From Octopus bimaculoides (lineage: Eukaryota): a stretch of 33,421 bases of DNA. The stretch is taken from positions 40,025,780-40,059,200 of the forward strand of contig NC_068983.1 in assembly GCF_001194135.2 (NCBI RefSeq), given 5' to 3'. Position 1 is the first letter of the stretch. Every line of letters starts with the position of its first letter. Position numbers and translations under genes: made by a program. Shown here one piece after another: positions 11,206 to 22,138 of the stretch. The notes under the pieces are model-generated. The model was not told the DNA's origin, did no database searches, and saw only the letters and a program-made list of their open reading frames with translations.

Positions 11206-11469
11206 CAGTTAAAACTTTTACAGAAAGATGCCTTTCAGGAAGAAGTGATAGCTTTTGCAGTTCAACTGTTCGTCCGTTATTCAATACTTGTGTTTAGGAT
11301 GTTGTACGACGAAAGCGCTTGCACATAAAATGCTCACAACACGATATCGTCTTCCAAAAAGCGTGGCGAAATTCTTTCATCTAAATACTTATTTTCAGAT
11401 CGTAAATAAAGTTTTTAAACTCTTTCTTTAAACACTCATGCACACACAAAAACACACACATATATATTT

Positions 11470-11810
11470 GTGACTGTGTGGTGAAACGTTTGCTTTTCAA
11501 CCACATGGAACTGAGTTTAGCCCTGTTGCATGGCACCTTGGGCAAGTGACTTTTACTAAAACTCCAGGCCGACCAAAAGCTTGTGAGTGGACTCGTTCGG
11601 TGGAAACTGAAAGAGGCCTGTCGTATACGTGTGTGCGCGTGTGCGTGCGTATATATGTGTTTTTGTGCATTTGTGTATCATTGTGTGTGTTGTTGTATTT
11701 GTGTTTTTGTCCCACACCACCGCTTGACACGGTGTTTGTGTTTTTACGTCCCCGTAACTTAGCGGTTCGGCAAAAAGGCCGTTAGAAAAACTGCCAGGCT
11801 TAAACAAATA
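11470..11810 (+). mobile_element. SINE family B, 3'-truncated
   Basis: Colinear with 14184-14605. Confidence 0.85.
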
Positions 11811-11903
11811 ATCTGTTTCTTTAATTCATATGATAATTTCAGTTAGTATTTTTACCTGACTATTGACCTTGTCACAGCTAGATATTTGACTATATTCAAT
11901 ATA

Positions 11904-12124
11904 AAGGCGGTGAGCTGGTAGAATCGTTAGCACGCTGGGCGAAATGCTTAGTGGTCTTTCGTCTGTGTTTACGTTTTGAGTTCGAATTCCACCGAGGTCG
12001 ACTTTACCTTTCATCCTTCCGGGGTCGATATATTAAGTATCAGTTGTGTACTGGGGTCGATATAATCGACTGGCCCCCTCCTCCAAAATTTCGGGCCTTG
12101 TGCCTAGAGTAGAAAAGAATATTT
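11904..12124 (+). mobile_element. SINE family A, full length, tail type 2
   Basis: AAGGCGGTGAGCTGG head, GAGTTCGAATTCC B-box-like, core, tail CCAAAATTTCGGGCCTTGTGCCTAGAGTAGAAAAGAAT. Confidence 0.9.
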
Positions 12125-12531
12125 AATATAAGGGAAATGAACCGAAATGTAGTATTTGGTGTGGCCTGGGTACATAATCCGAATTACTGAAACAGAATTG
12201 TCGAGACTTGTCAGGTTTTGTTGATGTTGTTACTGTCATTGTCGCGGATCTCTTAGTTGTTTGTGTTCTTGTGTTCGTAGCAATTATGGACGCCTTGTAT
12301 TCTTCTTCTTCTTCTTCTTCTCATCATCATCATCAACAGTAGCACCAACAGTAGCAGCACTAGCATTATCATTCCCATCCTCTCCCTTCCCCTCCTCTCC
12401 CTTCCCCTCCTCTTCATTTAAGAACTGGTTTAAATTGGCAAAACAAAAACCAGTGGAGATGAGCAACTCATGTTTACATGGAGTGGGGTGAATATAGATA
12501 TATCATCTACAAATATAGAGACCAATACATA

Positions 12532-12563
12532 TCACAATCATCATTACCATCATCATCACCATC

Positions 12564-12595
<32 letters not shown>

Positions 12596-12857
12596 CATCA
12601 TCATCATTATTATCATCATCATCATCATCATCATCACCACTACCACCACCGAAATCATCATCATCATCCCGATCATCATCGTCATCATCATCATCTCCAT
12701 CACCACCATCATCATCATCATCATCTCCATCATCACCATCATCACCATCATCATCATCATCATCATTATCACTATCACTACCAAGATCACCAACACTACC
12801 ATCCAAACCACCACCACCACCACCACCACCATCATCATCATCATTATTACCATCACT

Positions 12858-12893
<36 letters not shown>

Positions 12894-12908
12894 GTCATCA
12901 TCATCACC
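12532..12908. repeat. ~380 bp compound (CAT)/(CAC) trinucleotide tract
   Basis: Seen directly; source of the poly-H/S/M/D ORFs. Confidence 0.95.
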
Positions 12909-14089
12909 GCCAAAAATTAGAAAGAATCAATGTAAATATGACCGAAGCTTTGTTAACGGGAAATAATATTCGAACCCATGATAGAAGCAGTCAAAATATT
13001 TTCTGAATTCTTCGTCTATTCTAACTTAAAACACATTTTCTAAAGTACGGAGTAGAAACGTCTAATAATGCCAATAATAGTTTGGTCTTAAAACGGCATC
13101 AGCTACACACCTGCTCTTGGCATGATCAGTCATGCGCAACAGCGGGAATACTACTTTGCAGGCTTTAACTAAGTTTACGTTAGCGTTCAGCCTTCATTTC
13201 AACAGATTGCACTGGTTTTCTGTTTAAATCTTACAGAGTGTGAAATAGATTTTTACTAGACATGACATAATAATAGTCATTGAGAGGAAAGTGGCGTGGA
13301 AGGGTGTGGACAGGGTGAGAAGAGATCAGTTTGTTTGTTCATGAGTATCTTGAATAATGCTAGGCTCCTTATCTCACTGCCGTTTTTCTATCGACTTGCG
13401 AGTCGGCGGTACGGGAGAGTGGAATATGTCAATGGTACTTCGGCGGCAAGTCAAAATGTATCAGAACAGAGGAAAGAATCTCCAGTCTTAAGAACTAGAT
13501 TAAATTCAATACCCAAAGACTGCCCTCTTCTATCGACGTTCCTATCAGCATTGTGCATACAATAAGACCAGACTCGCTGAACTAAGGCAATCGATCGCTT
13601 GTTCTGTTTCTCTCTCTTTTCCAAGAGATTCTTTGATTGACAGAACTAATTTAAACTGGAGCCTCTTGAAGCAAGAAAAATGACATTCGCTTAGATTGAA
13701 ACGGATATATCATGAACGCTGTTTGCTTCACTTAAAGATTGGGAACTATAAAGAAAGAAAGTAGTCGAATATAAACAAATAAAACAGGGCAGTGAACTCA
13801 GCGGCTTTACTTAAGTTCGGCTTGTTGTAAAGCTGTGTTCGACAATGTTGGTCAATACTAGTTCACAGGCTAAAATACGAGTTTACAATTTTCTAGAAAG
13901 ACTGCCCCAGGCCTTACTTTGTGCAATTAAACCTATTTGTCACATACTATAAGGTACTGCATTTTAGCGTTCGGCATTTGACTCCCGATAACAATATGAC
14001 GATTATCTTGGGTGGAATATGAATAGGTAAATTATAGGTAGTCGATGAAAGATCAGTGCTTTGTATATCCCTGTGGTAAATAAAAGAGA

Positions 14090-14090
<1 letters not shown>

Positions 14091-14183
<93 letters not shown>
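14091..14183. repeat. (ATT)n microsatellite
   Basis: Seen directly. Confidence 0.95.
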
Positions 14184-14184
<1 letters not shown>

Positions 14185-14343
14185 GGAGTAGTTGTGTGGT
14201 AAGCAGCTTGCTTACTAACCACATGGTTCCGAGTTCAGTCCCACTGCGTGGTACCTTGGGCAAGTGTCTTCTGCTATAGCCTCGGGCCGACCAAAGTCTT
14301 CTGAGTGGATTTGGTAGACGGAAACTAAAAGAAGCCCGTCGTA

Positions 14344-14395
<52 letters not shown>

Positions 14396-14601
14396 CTTCT
14401 GTGTCTGTGTTTGCCCCCAACCATCGCTTGATAACAGATGGTGGTGTGTTTACGTCCCCGTAACTTAGTGGTTCGGCAAAAGAGACCGATAGAATAAGTA
14501 GTAGGCTTCCAAAGAATAAGTCCTGGGGTCGATTTGCTCGACTAAAGGTGGTGCTCCAGCATGGCCGCAGTCAAATGACTAAAACAAGTAAAAGAGTAAA
14601 A

Positions 14602-14605
<4 letters not shown>
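14184..14605 (+). mobile_element. SINE family B, apparently full length (~420 bp)
   Basis: tRNA-like head with A/B-box-like motifs, CCTTGGGCAAGTGTC block, internal (TA)n(TG)n, GTCCCCGTAACTTAG.GGTTCGGC, CTGGGGTCGATTTGCTCGACT, 3' end CCAGCATGGCCGCAGTCAAATGACTAAAACAAGTAAAAGAG. Used as the reference copy. Confidence 0.9.
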
Positions 14606-14661
<56 letters not shown>

Positions 14662-14669
14662 CATCATTA

Positions 14670-14960
14670 TACAGCAGTCTTATTTTTATCACGTGCTTTC
14701 ACTGCATTACCGAGCGCAGCTCTGTGTGCCTTGGGTATGTGCTGTGGTTTGTAGTGATGCTCTTATTTTTACTGTATTGGAAGTGTTTTACGTAGGATGT
14801 GCGGAACCTAGTAGCGCTATTTTCTGTATGTTATATATACTTGTTAGTCTTGGTGTTTTGTTATGTATTTGTCTGAATATTTTTTTATCATACCTAATGA
14901 GCCTACTATGATAGGAATTGCTTCTGTTTTTAGACTCTACATACAAGTTTCATTCCATGG
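14670..14960 (-). mobile_element. R4/Dong-type LINE 3' fragment, second subfamily, with (TAA)n tail at ~14604-14669
   Basis: Minus strand LKTEAIPIIVGSLGMIKKYSDKYITK, then across two frameshifts PRLTSIYNIQKIALLGSAH and LRKTLPIQ*; same C-terminal motif as 2601-3940. Confidence 0.8.
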
Positions 14961-15734
14961 CAGTTAAATAATATTTTTTATTTCTTGTTTTAATAGTTAC
15001 TCTAGAGCGTTAACAAAAAGACCTTAAAAAGTACCGTTCTACACATATGAGCTGTTCCAATTCGGTAGATATTTGGGGCACTCACACAGCTACCTTATAG
15101 CTTTATGTTCCAGTTAATAAGATAACGTGATCGGGATTGAACTTAACGCTGAGTATCCCAACATTCTTGTTATTTCGGGATCTTTCTTATTTCTTTTGAG
15201 CTGTGATTTTTCTTTCAAGGCATTTCAACGTCTGTTATGAGGCATTCGCCTTTTTTTATGTCATCTACTAGGAATTAAAAGCATTGAGCTGATGCTGTGA
15301 TAAACCCAAATTTAACCCTAATTTATAATTCAGGCAGATATATCTCCAACATCGGAATAGAGAGTGAAATTCTAGGCGGAAAGTTCTTAATACAATTTCG
15401 CGATTACGGATATGAACCGAATGAACGAAATCAGGGAAATATATATTTTTTACAGCTGCTTCGACTTGACTAATGCCTCTTCATTGTGAGTAACATTTGA
15501 GAGACTGAGACTGTGTGGAAGCCTGTCGAAATGTACATGTGTGTACGTATGTAACTATCTCTTAATATATGTATGTGTGTGAGTGTGAGTGTGTGTATTT
15601 GAATCCGTTTGCTTACAAACATAAACAGTACTCAACACATGATATAATGTATAGAGTCATCAGTAGATTCCTACTTTCCTAAATGGTTACACGGGGCTTT
15701 GTCAGAAGTTTGCTGAATGAAGATATATATTAAT

Positions 15735-15840
15735 CTTTTCTATTCTAGGCACAAGGCCCGAAATATTGGGCGGTGGTAGGCAGTCGATTAGAACGACTCC
15801 ACTACTTAATTTATCGACCCCGAAGGGATGAAAGGCAAAA
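15735..15840 (-). mobile_element. SINE family A 3' fragment, tail type 2
   Basis: Reverse complement of core and tail of 11904-12124. Confidence 0.8.
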
Positions 15841-16067
15841 CATACACATATAAATATATATATTTATATGTGTATGTTTCTATGTGTGCGCGCGCGTATG
15901 TGTGGTGTACAGTGTATACAATGTACGCTGAACGCAATGTAGGACGTATATCATATCTGTAGTATTATTAGGTTATATACGTTATATATGCGATATACAT
16001 ACTATAGATGTATAATGTGTGTAGCATGAGGGGTATGTATGAAGAGTGAGCAAACCACAAACATACA

Positions 16068-16214
16068 GGTGCACACGTGGTTGTATGGTAAGAAATTTAA
16101 TTTGGGGTTCCGCCCCGCTACGTGGCACCTTGGGCAAGTGTCTTCTACTTCAACCTCAATCCGACTAAAACGTTGCGATTGGATTAAGTAGATGGAAACT
16201 GAAAGAAGCCTGTC

Positions 16215-16259
<45 letters not shown>

Positions 16260-16765
16260 AACACACACACATATATATATAGACATGTATGCATGCATGG
16301 ATGTATGCACGTATGTATGTTTGTGTGTGTGTGTGTGCCACGTGATTACATTACCGATCAGACTATCGGATGTTGTTACACATCGCTGATCACAGTGCGC
16401 TTTATATCGTTATAGCTTTCGGATAACACCACCGCCCTGTCCCGGCGAGCAGGTCAACTTTTCCCTTCTGATGGAAAAGAGCAATGTGAAGCGAAGTGCT
16501 CTGCTCAAGAACACAACGCGTATTTCTTTGTGCCTTTGTTTGTCCCCCACCATCGCTTGAGAATCGGTTTCAGTTTGCTTGTCTCTGAAACTAGCGGTTT
16601 GACAAATAGGTAACGACAGAATAAGTACCAGGCTTTACAAAAAAGAAAATAAAAGAGCCCAAAAAACGGGTAACAAATAAGTACTGGCGTAGATTTGTTC
16701 AGCTAAACTCCCCAAAGCGATGCCCCAGCATGGCCGCAGTCAAGAGACTGAAACAGGGAAGAGAT
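16068..16765 (+). mobile_element. SINE family B interrupted by a ~180 bp foreign segment (~16340-16520)
   Basis: 5' half 16068-16340 and 3' half ~16520-16765 both colinear with 14184-14605; the middle is unrelated. Confidence 0.75.
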
Positions 16766-17367
16766 AGAAGATTATACAGACTGTCGATGTATAATGTGCG
16801 TAGAATGATGCGTGTAGAATGATGTGCATATGTGAATAATGAGTGGAATACATATAACAATTGAAAATCTGAATAAGAAAATGTCAGGAATCTAATCCAA
16901 ATAGCAGAATATATGCGTGATGGAAATCACAGAAAAATCAATCAAATGAAATAAATTTCTGTATCGAACAGCTGGAACAGGAATCGATCTTCGATACTAA
17001 AATTGTATTTTCGAAAGGAAAGAAGAGAAAAATTACGAATGAAAATGTTGGAAAGTAATTATATTAAACAATGGGAATTACTAATTATTTTATAAACACC
17101 TTTGATTTTAATTTCTATGGTGTTATTTTATTTTTTCATCATCGTTAAATAGATTAGCATTAATTTGACATTTGCAGTTACGCCTCCCTTAAGCAAGTTC
17201 CTTGTCCTTCGGGGGCGTGAACTTCACGATACCTTAACGAATGTATATTCGTATAAGAATTGTATGACTTATTGTTCAAAGATTTCGTATTCTCATCAGG
17301 GATTACAGTTCGCTGACCTAGTTCGTGCAGTCGGAATGTAAACCCATTGGAAGATGGTTTGACATAT

Positions 17368-17429
<62 letters not shown>

Positions 17430-17430
17430 T

Positions 17431-17485
17431 AGAGCTTCGTATGTTTGTACCCCAGCGTCACTTTGATGGAGTGTGCAACTCTCTC
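17431..17485 (+). mobile_element. 55 bp 3'-terminal fragment of family D embedded in (AAT)n
   Basis: GCTTCGTATGTTTGTACCCCAGCGTCACTTTGA matches the reverse complement of ~28770-28805 and ~2085-2120; (AAT)n on both sides. Confidence 0.75.
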
Positions 17486-17520
<35 letters not shown>

Positions 17521-17526
17521 TAATAA

Positions 17527-17742
17527 TCCTTTCTATTATAAGCACAAGGCTTGAAATTTTGTGGGAGGGGACTGGTTGATTACACCGACCCCAGCAATTT
17601 ACTGGTACTTATTTTATCGATACCCGAAAGGATGAAAGGAAAAGTCGACCTCGGCGGAATTTGAACTCAGAACCTAGCGATGGGTGAAATACCGCTAAGC
17701 ATTTCGTCCAGCGCGATAACGATTCTGCCAGCTCACCGCCTT
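17527..17742 (-). mobile_element. SINE family A, full length, tail type 2
   Basis: Reverse complement of 11904-12124 including the head (CCAGCTCACCGCCTT). Confidence 0.9.
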
Positions 17743-18739
17743 AACAACAACAACAACAACAACAACAATAATAATAATAATCCTTTCTATTATTAATACT
17801 ATTAATAATACTGCACTACTTCCATTCTACTTATGAGTGTAGCCACAACCTTAAAGCCTTAACCGACACCACAACATGCTTCGGTTCGTTCGGTTGGCAA
17901 CACACACTCATGCATAGATCAAAGCCTCCTTCAACTTGTACTTCGAAGATCCTATAAAGCCACTGTCTCTTTACAAGGATGCAATATGTCACTTTTGAAC
18001 AAATTCATCGAACAAAGCCATACTACAGCTTTTTGGTACCTAGTACTACTAACATTTTTTCTGGGCAGGATATTTTTGTCCCTGTTAAAACTTCTTTATT
18101 TGGAGCCATGTTTCTAAAGGTGCTTTCATTTACAAAAATCCTTGTTCAGCACAGCATGATGTCTATGGAGTGTGAATTCTATTGTTTTTGTTGCGATCAT
18201 TAAACGAGTTTTTGAAACCTTTTATTCGGTGTTATTATCAATAGAAGAGTTATTTTATTTTAGTTTGAACAGCATCCAGCAAAGCACCCTCTTTCATATA
18301 TATTTTCCTTATTACTATCTGCAGAAACATGCCTGTTTGCGATTGAGACAATGGAGGATTTCTCGCTCGAAGAAAACATTTTTTAGATTTTCAAACGAAT
18401 GGAATATTTTCTTCTCAAAATAACGATCTTCTTCCCTTACTTAAACAGGGAGAAATGGTGGAAATAATTAAATACCTTTCTTATGTGTTCGTTCCTTATG
18501 AAATGAAACCTTTTTTAATCTCTTAAATCCCCCTCGGTAAATCCATTTCCATTGGAGCACACGATAACACGTCTTGAAAAAGGGAACACCAAACAAAGAT
18601 AATTTCTTTTATTTCCTACATACGTACACCATAGCGACGAATACTGACATGTTATTATTGGGGGCTATCCATTCTCCCGGATAATGAATATTATAACTTA
18701 TAATTTTTGTAATCAATACAAGCCTGGTAAAAAAAAAGT

Positions 18740-18830
18740 TGGCACCTTGGGCAAGTGTCTTCTACTATAGCGAAGGGCCGACCAAAGCTTGGTGAGTAGA
18801 TTTGGTAAACGGAAACTGAAAGAAGCCCAT

Positions 18831-18876
<46 letters not shown>

Positions 18877-19186
18877 TGTGTGTGTGTGTGTGTGTATGCG
18901 CGCGCATGTGTGTGAGTGTATATATATGTATGTATATGTATATACATCCATATATATATATACATATCTGTGTGTGTCTGTGTATGTGCGTGTGTGTTGT
19001 GTGTCTTTGTCTTTGTATGTGTGCCCCCATTATCGCTTGGTGACTGATGCTGGTGTGTTTACGCCCCCGCAAAATAAACCAACAAAATATGTACCGAGTT
19101 TTAAAAAACATACAGGCGTCAATTCGTTCTACCAAAAAAATCTCCACCATGGCCACACTCAAATGACTGAAACAAGTAAAAGATAG
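18740..19186 (+). mobile_element. SINE family B, head-truncated, with expanded internal microsatellite
   Basis: Starts at GGCACCTTGGGCAAG, ends AAATGACTGAAACAAGTAAAAGA. Confidence 0.85.
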
Positions 19187-19335
19187 AAATTAACAAACTT
19201 TCGACATTTTCTGCTAAATTTCATGAATGTCTTACATATTTTGTCTGTGCCTTTGATATCTCGTGTTTTTAATCTTTAAATCAGGCGTGTTGTTTCTGGA
19301 ACTTATACAAGTGTGAATACATGCGTATATATATA

Positions 19336-20164
19336 CGTGGTCTGATCAATAGGTATCCGGACTGTTGACATGGTGACGAATCTAAAGTACGCAAAGTGAA
19401 GCCACTTGGCAAAGATTGACCTTCAGCTTTGCTTTGCATGTGCATTAAGTTTTAACGTTCTAGCTCACTTCCGCTGTTTACAGCAATACTTGGAAGGAAC
19501 GTGTGTAGCGTGTGATCGTCGCATTGACCATGACAGAAAGCTGAGCAGAGAATTTGCATAAAATTTGGCTAACATCTTGATAATACCTGCTCAGAAGCCT
19601 ACGCAAAATTTTCAAAAGGTTTTCATCGTTCTCGACAGAATCAAGGCAGACACACGTCTCATACCAAAATCTTCAGTGACAATGGACTAAACTGAACAGC
19701 AACTCATATACATATCTTCTGATAACTCACAGATGGTGATTCGACGATTTCCCCTCACAGGTGCACGCACATCTGCGATGTTTTTCTCACTTCTGCTGGT
19801 TGCGGGTCTCCCGAACGTTCGTCAATAATCAAAATTTTTGGTCATTTTGGAAACGTCTGAACTACTCGTACACGTGTGTGTTGCTGATATACTCCTCTCT
19901 ATACGATACACTTTCTATAACTTTGCGTTGGCCTCTGAGCAAGTATCGCCATGACAATTTTCTCTGTCATGGCCAATGTGACGATCACACGCTACACACG
20001 TTCCTTCCAGGCACAGCTGTGAACAGCGGAAGTGAGCTAGAACATTAAAACAGTGTGTGCATGCACAGCAAAGTTTAGGGCCAATCTATGCCAAGCGACT
20101 ATACTCTGTGTGCTTTAGCTTCGTTACTATGGCAAAAGTCCGGATAGTTATTGATCATACCTCG
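19336..20164. mobile_element. Non-autonomous mariner (Tc1/mariner) fold-back derivative made of two inverted 5' ends
   Basis: TA on both flanks; 28 bp termini match as inverted repeats with 4 mismatches and similarity continues ~280 bp inward. Plus arm: MTE..EQRICIKFG*HLDNTCSEAYAK. Minus arm (~19970-19645): MTEK..GDTCSEANAKL..FRRFQND..IDERSGRPATSRSEKNIADVRA..NRRITI.ELSED..TEDFGMRRVSA, typical of the mariner transposase N-terminal HTH region. Confidence 0.9.
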
Positions 20165-20419
20165 TATATATATATATATATATATATAAATGAGTATGTC
20201 TGAAACTGACTGGTAGAGCAACAAGAGATAGCAGGAAAAAGAAGGTTTAGTTGCTTCAAGGGATGATGTTAGGAAAATTATTGCTCGGGATTTCAATATC
20301 GTCTGGTTCGATCTGGTCTATCTTCTCTCTCGGGGAAATGAATTAAGTTTCACTAATACAATCAGTACGATTCAATTAAATGTTTTCTGCTTTCGCGCAA
20401 ACACAAAAATGCGCTCATA

Positions 20420-20519
20420 CACACACACACATACGTGTGTGCATATTGCATGTGTATATGTGTATGTAGGTGTGTGTGTATGCATGTATATGCATATACA
20501 TACATATATATATAGATAT

Positions 20520-20599
<80 letters not shown>

Positions 20600-20625
20600 A
20601 TATATATATGCATGTACACATATAC

Positions 20626-20657
<32 letters not shown>

Positions 20658-20739
20658 TGTATGTATACATATACATATATGTATATATACAAACATGCAT
20701 ATACATACATATATATATAAACATGCACACACACGCACG

Positions 20740-20783
<44 letters not shown>

Positions 20784-20796
20784 TAAAATATCTACG

Positions 20797-20834
<38 letters not shown>

Positions 20835-21170
20835 CATATATACATACATACAAAGACAGACAGAGAGAAAGAGAGTGAGAGTGAGAGGAAGATACCCATT
20901 ATAATTGTCTGTACCTCACTGTGTGTGCATGTGTACAATGCATACATGTTATGTGTTTGAGCCTGCTTGCGTTAATGTGTATGTACGTATGTTTACACGT
21001 ATGTGTGTATATATGTATGTAGGTATGTATATATGTATGCATGTATGTATGTATGTATGAATGTATGTGTGTATGCATGCATATATGTGTGGGTGGGTCG
21101 ATGTATGAATGAATGTATGGATGGATAGAGGGATGGTTGAACGGATGCGTGTGTATATGCATGTGTCTTA
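20420..21170. repeat. Compound TA/TG/CA/TATG low-complexity tract
   Basis: Seen directly. Confidence 0.9.
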
Positions 21171-22094
21171 ATAGAGCAAGCATTAAGCTCTTAACGTTAT
21201 TAAGATAACGCCCCAGAACAAAACGGATTTGAATTTCGAATTTGCCGTTTGACGTTTTACGATTATTTCCATGGAAAAATATAATGTCCGCATTTAGCTG
21301 AAGATGTTTCTAGATTAAATCATGTACATTTGACCTTTTGTCTGATGGATTGCAAATGGCGGATTAAGGTTCGTCTAGTATTTAGGAACTACGACTATCT
21401 AATCTACATCAGATTAGTATAGCAGTAAATGAACGCTACGCTCTTCAGCGTTCGAGTAGTTTAGTCGTCGATCGATTGTTGTCGTATGTATTGTTATTAT
21501 TGTTATCATCGTTGTTGTTGTCTTGCCATCGTCATCGTCATCGTCGTTCATGTTGACGATGTTGTAGTGGTTCGTGCGTTGCTTCTTTCTTTTAGTGATG
21601 TCGTTCGTTTTAAGGCATCGTCTGCTTCTGTCATTACTGTTGTGGCGGCTGGTGGTTGGTTGCTTATTCTTACCGTTGTCGGCTGCTTAAAATATCGCTT
21701 CTCTAGAGGACAATAATATCATCATATTCTCTTTGCGAAAACGACCTTTCTCTTTAGATATTTTTTTTTCAAGAACATTCCGTTATCGTTTCCTTCGAAA
21801 ATTGGTCAGTGTAGTGGGGGAAGGCGGGGAGAAAGAGATTTGTTTCCCCAAAATCTACGTCTTCTTCATCCATCTACTCATACCGCTCCTCTTCTACTTC
21901 ACCTTCCTTTCAAGTACCTCAGAAACCTTACACGTATTTTGTATCTGCTTGTCTATAGACCGACGTATCTATCTATTGAAAAATCGATGTATCTGAGTAT
22001 CTACACGCGCAGCTAGCTATTTGTTTATAGTTATACAGAGGCATGAACACATACACACACACACACACACACATACGCATACATATGTATATAT

Positions 22095-22138
<44 letters not shown>

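Noticed and set aside
17270-17310. Minus-strand CUGAUGA-GAAUAC-GAAA, a hammerhead core look-alike
   Set aside because: Stem II is only 1 bp and I could find no stem I or stem III partner for type I, II or III topology.
21486-21716. Hydrophobic 76 aa ORF
   Set aside because: Derived from a degenerate GTT/GTC/CAT trinucleotide tract.
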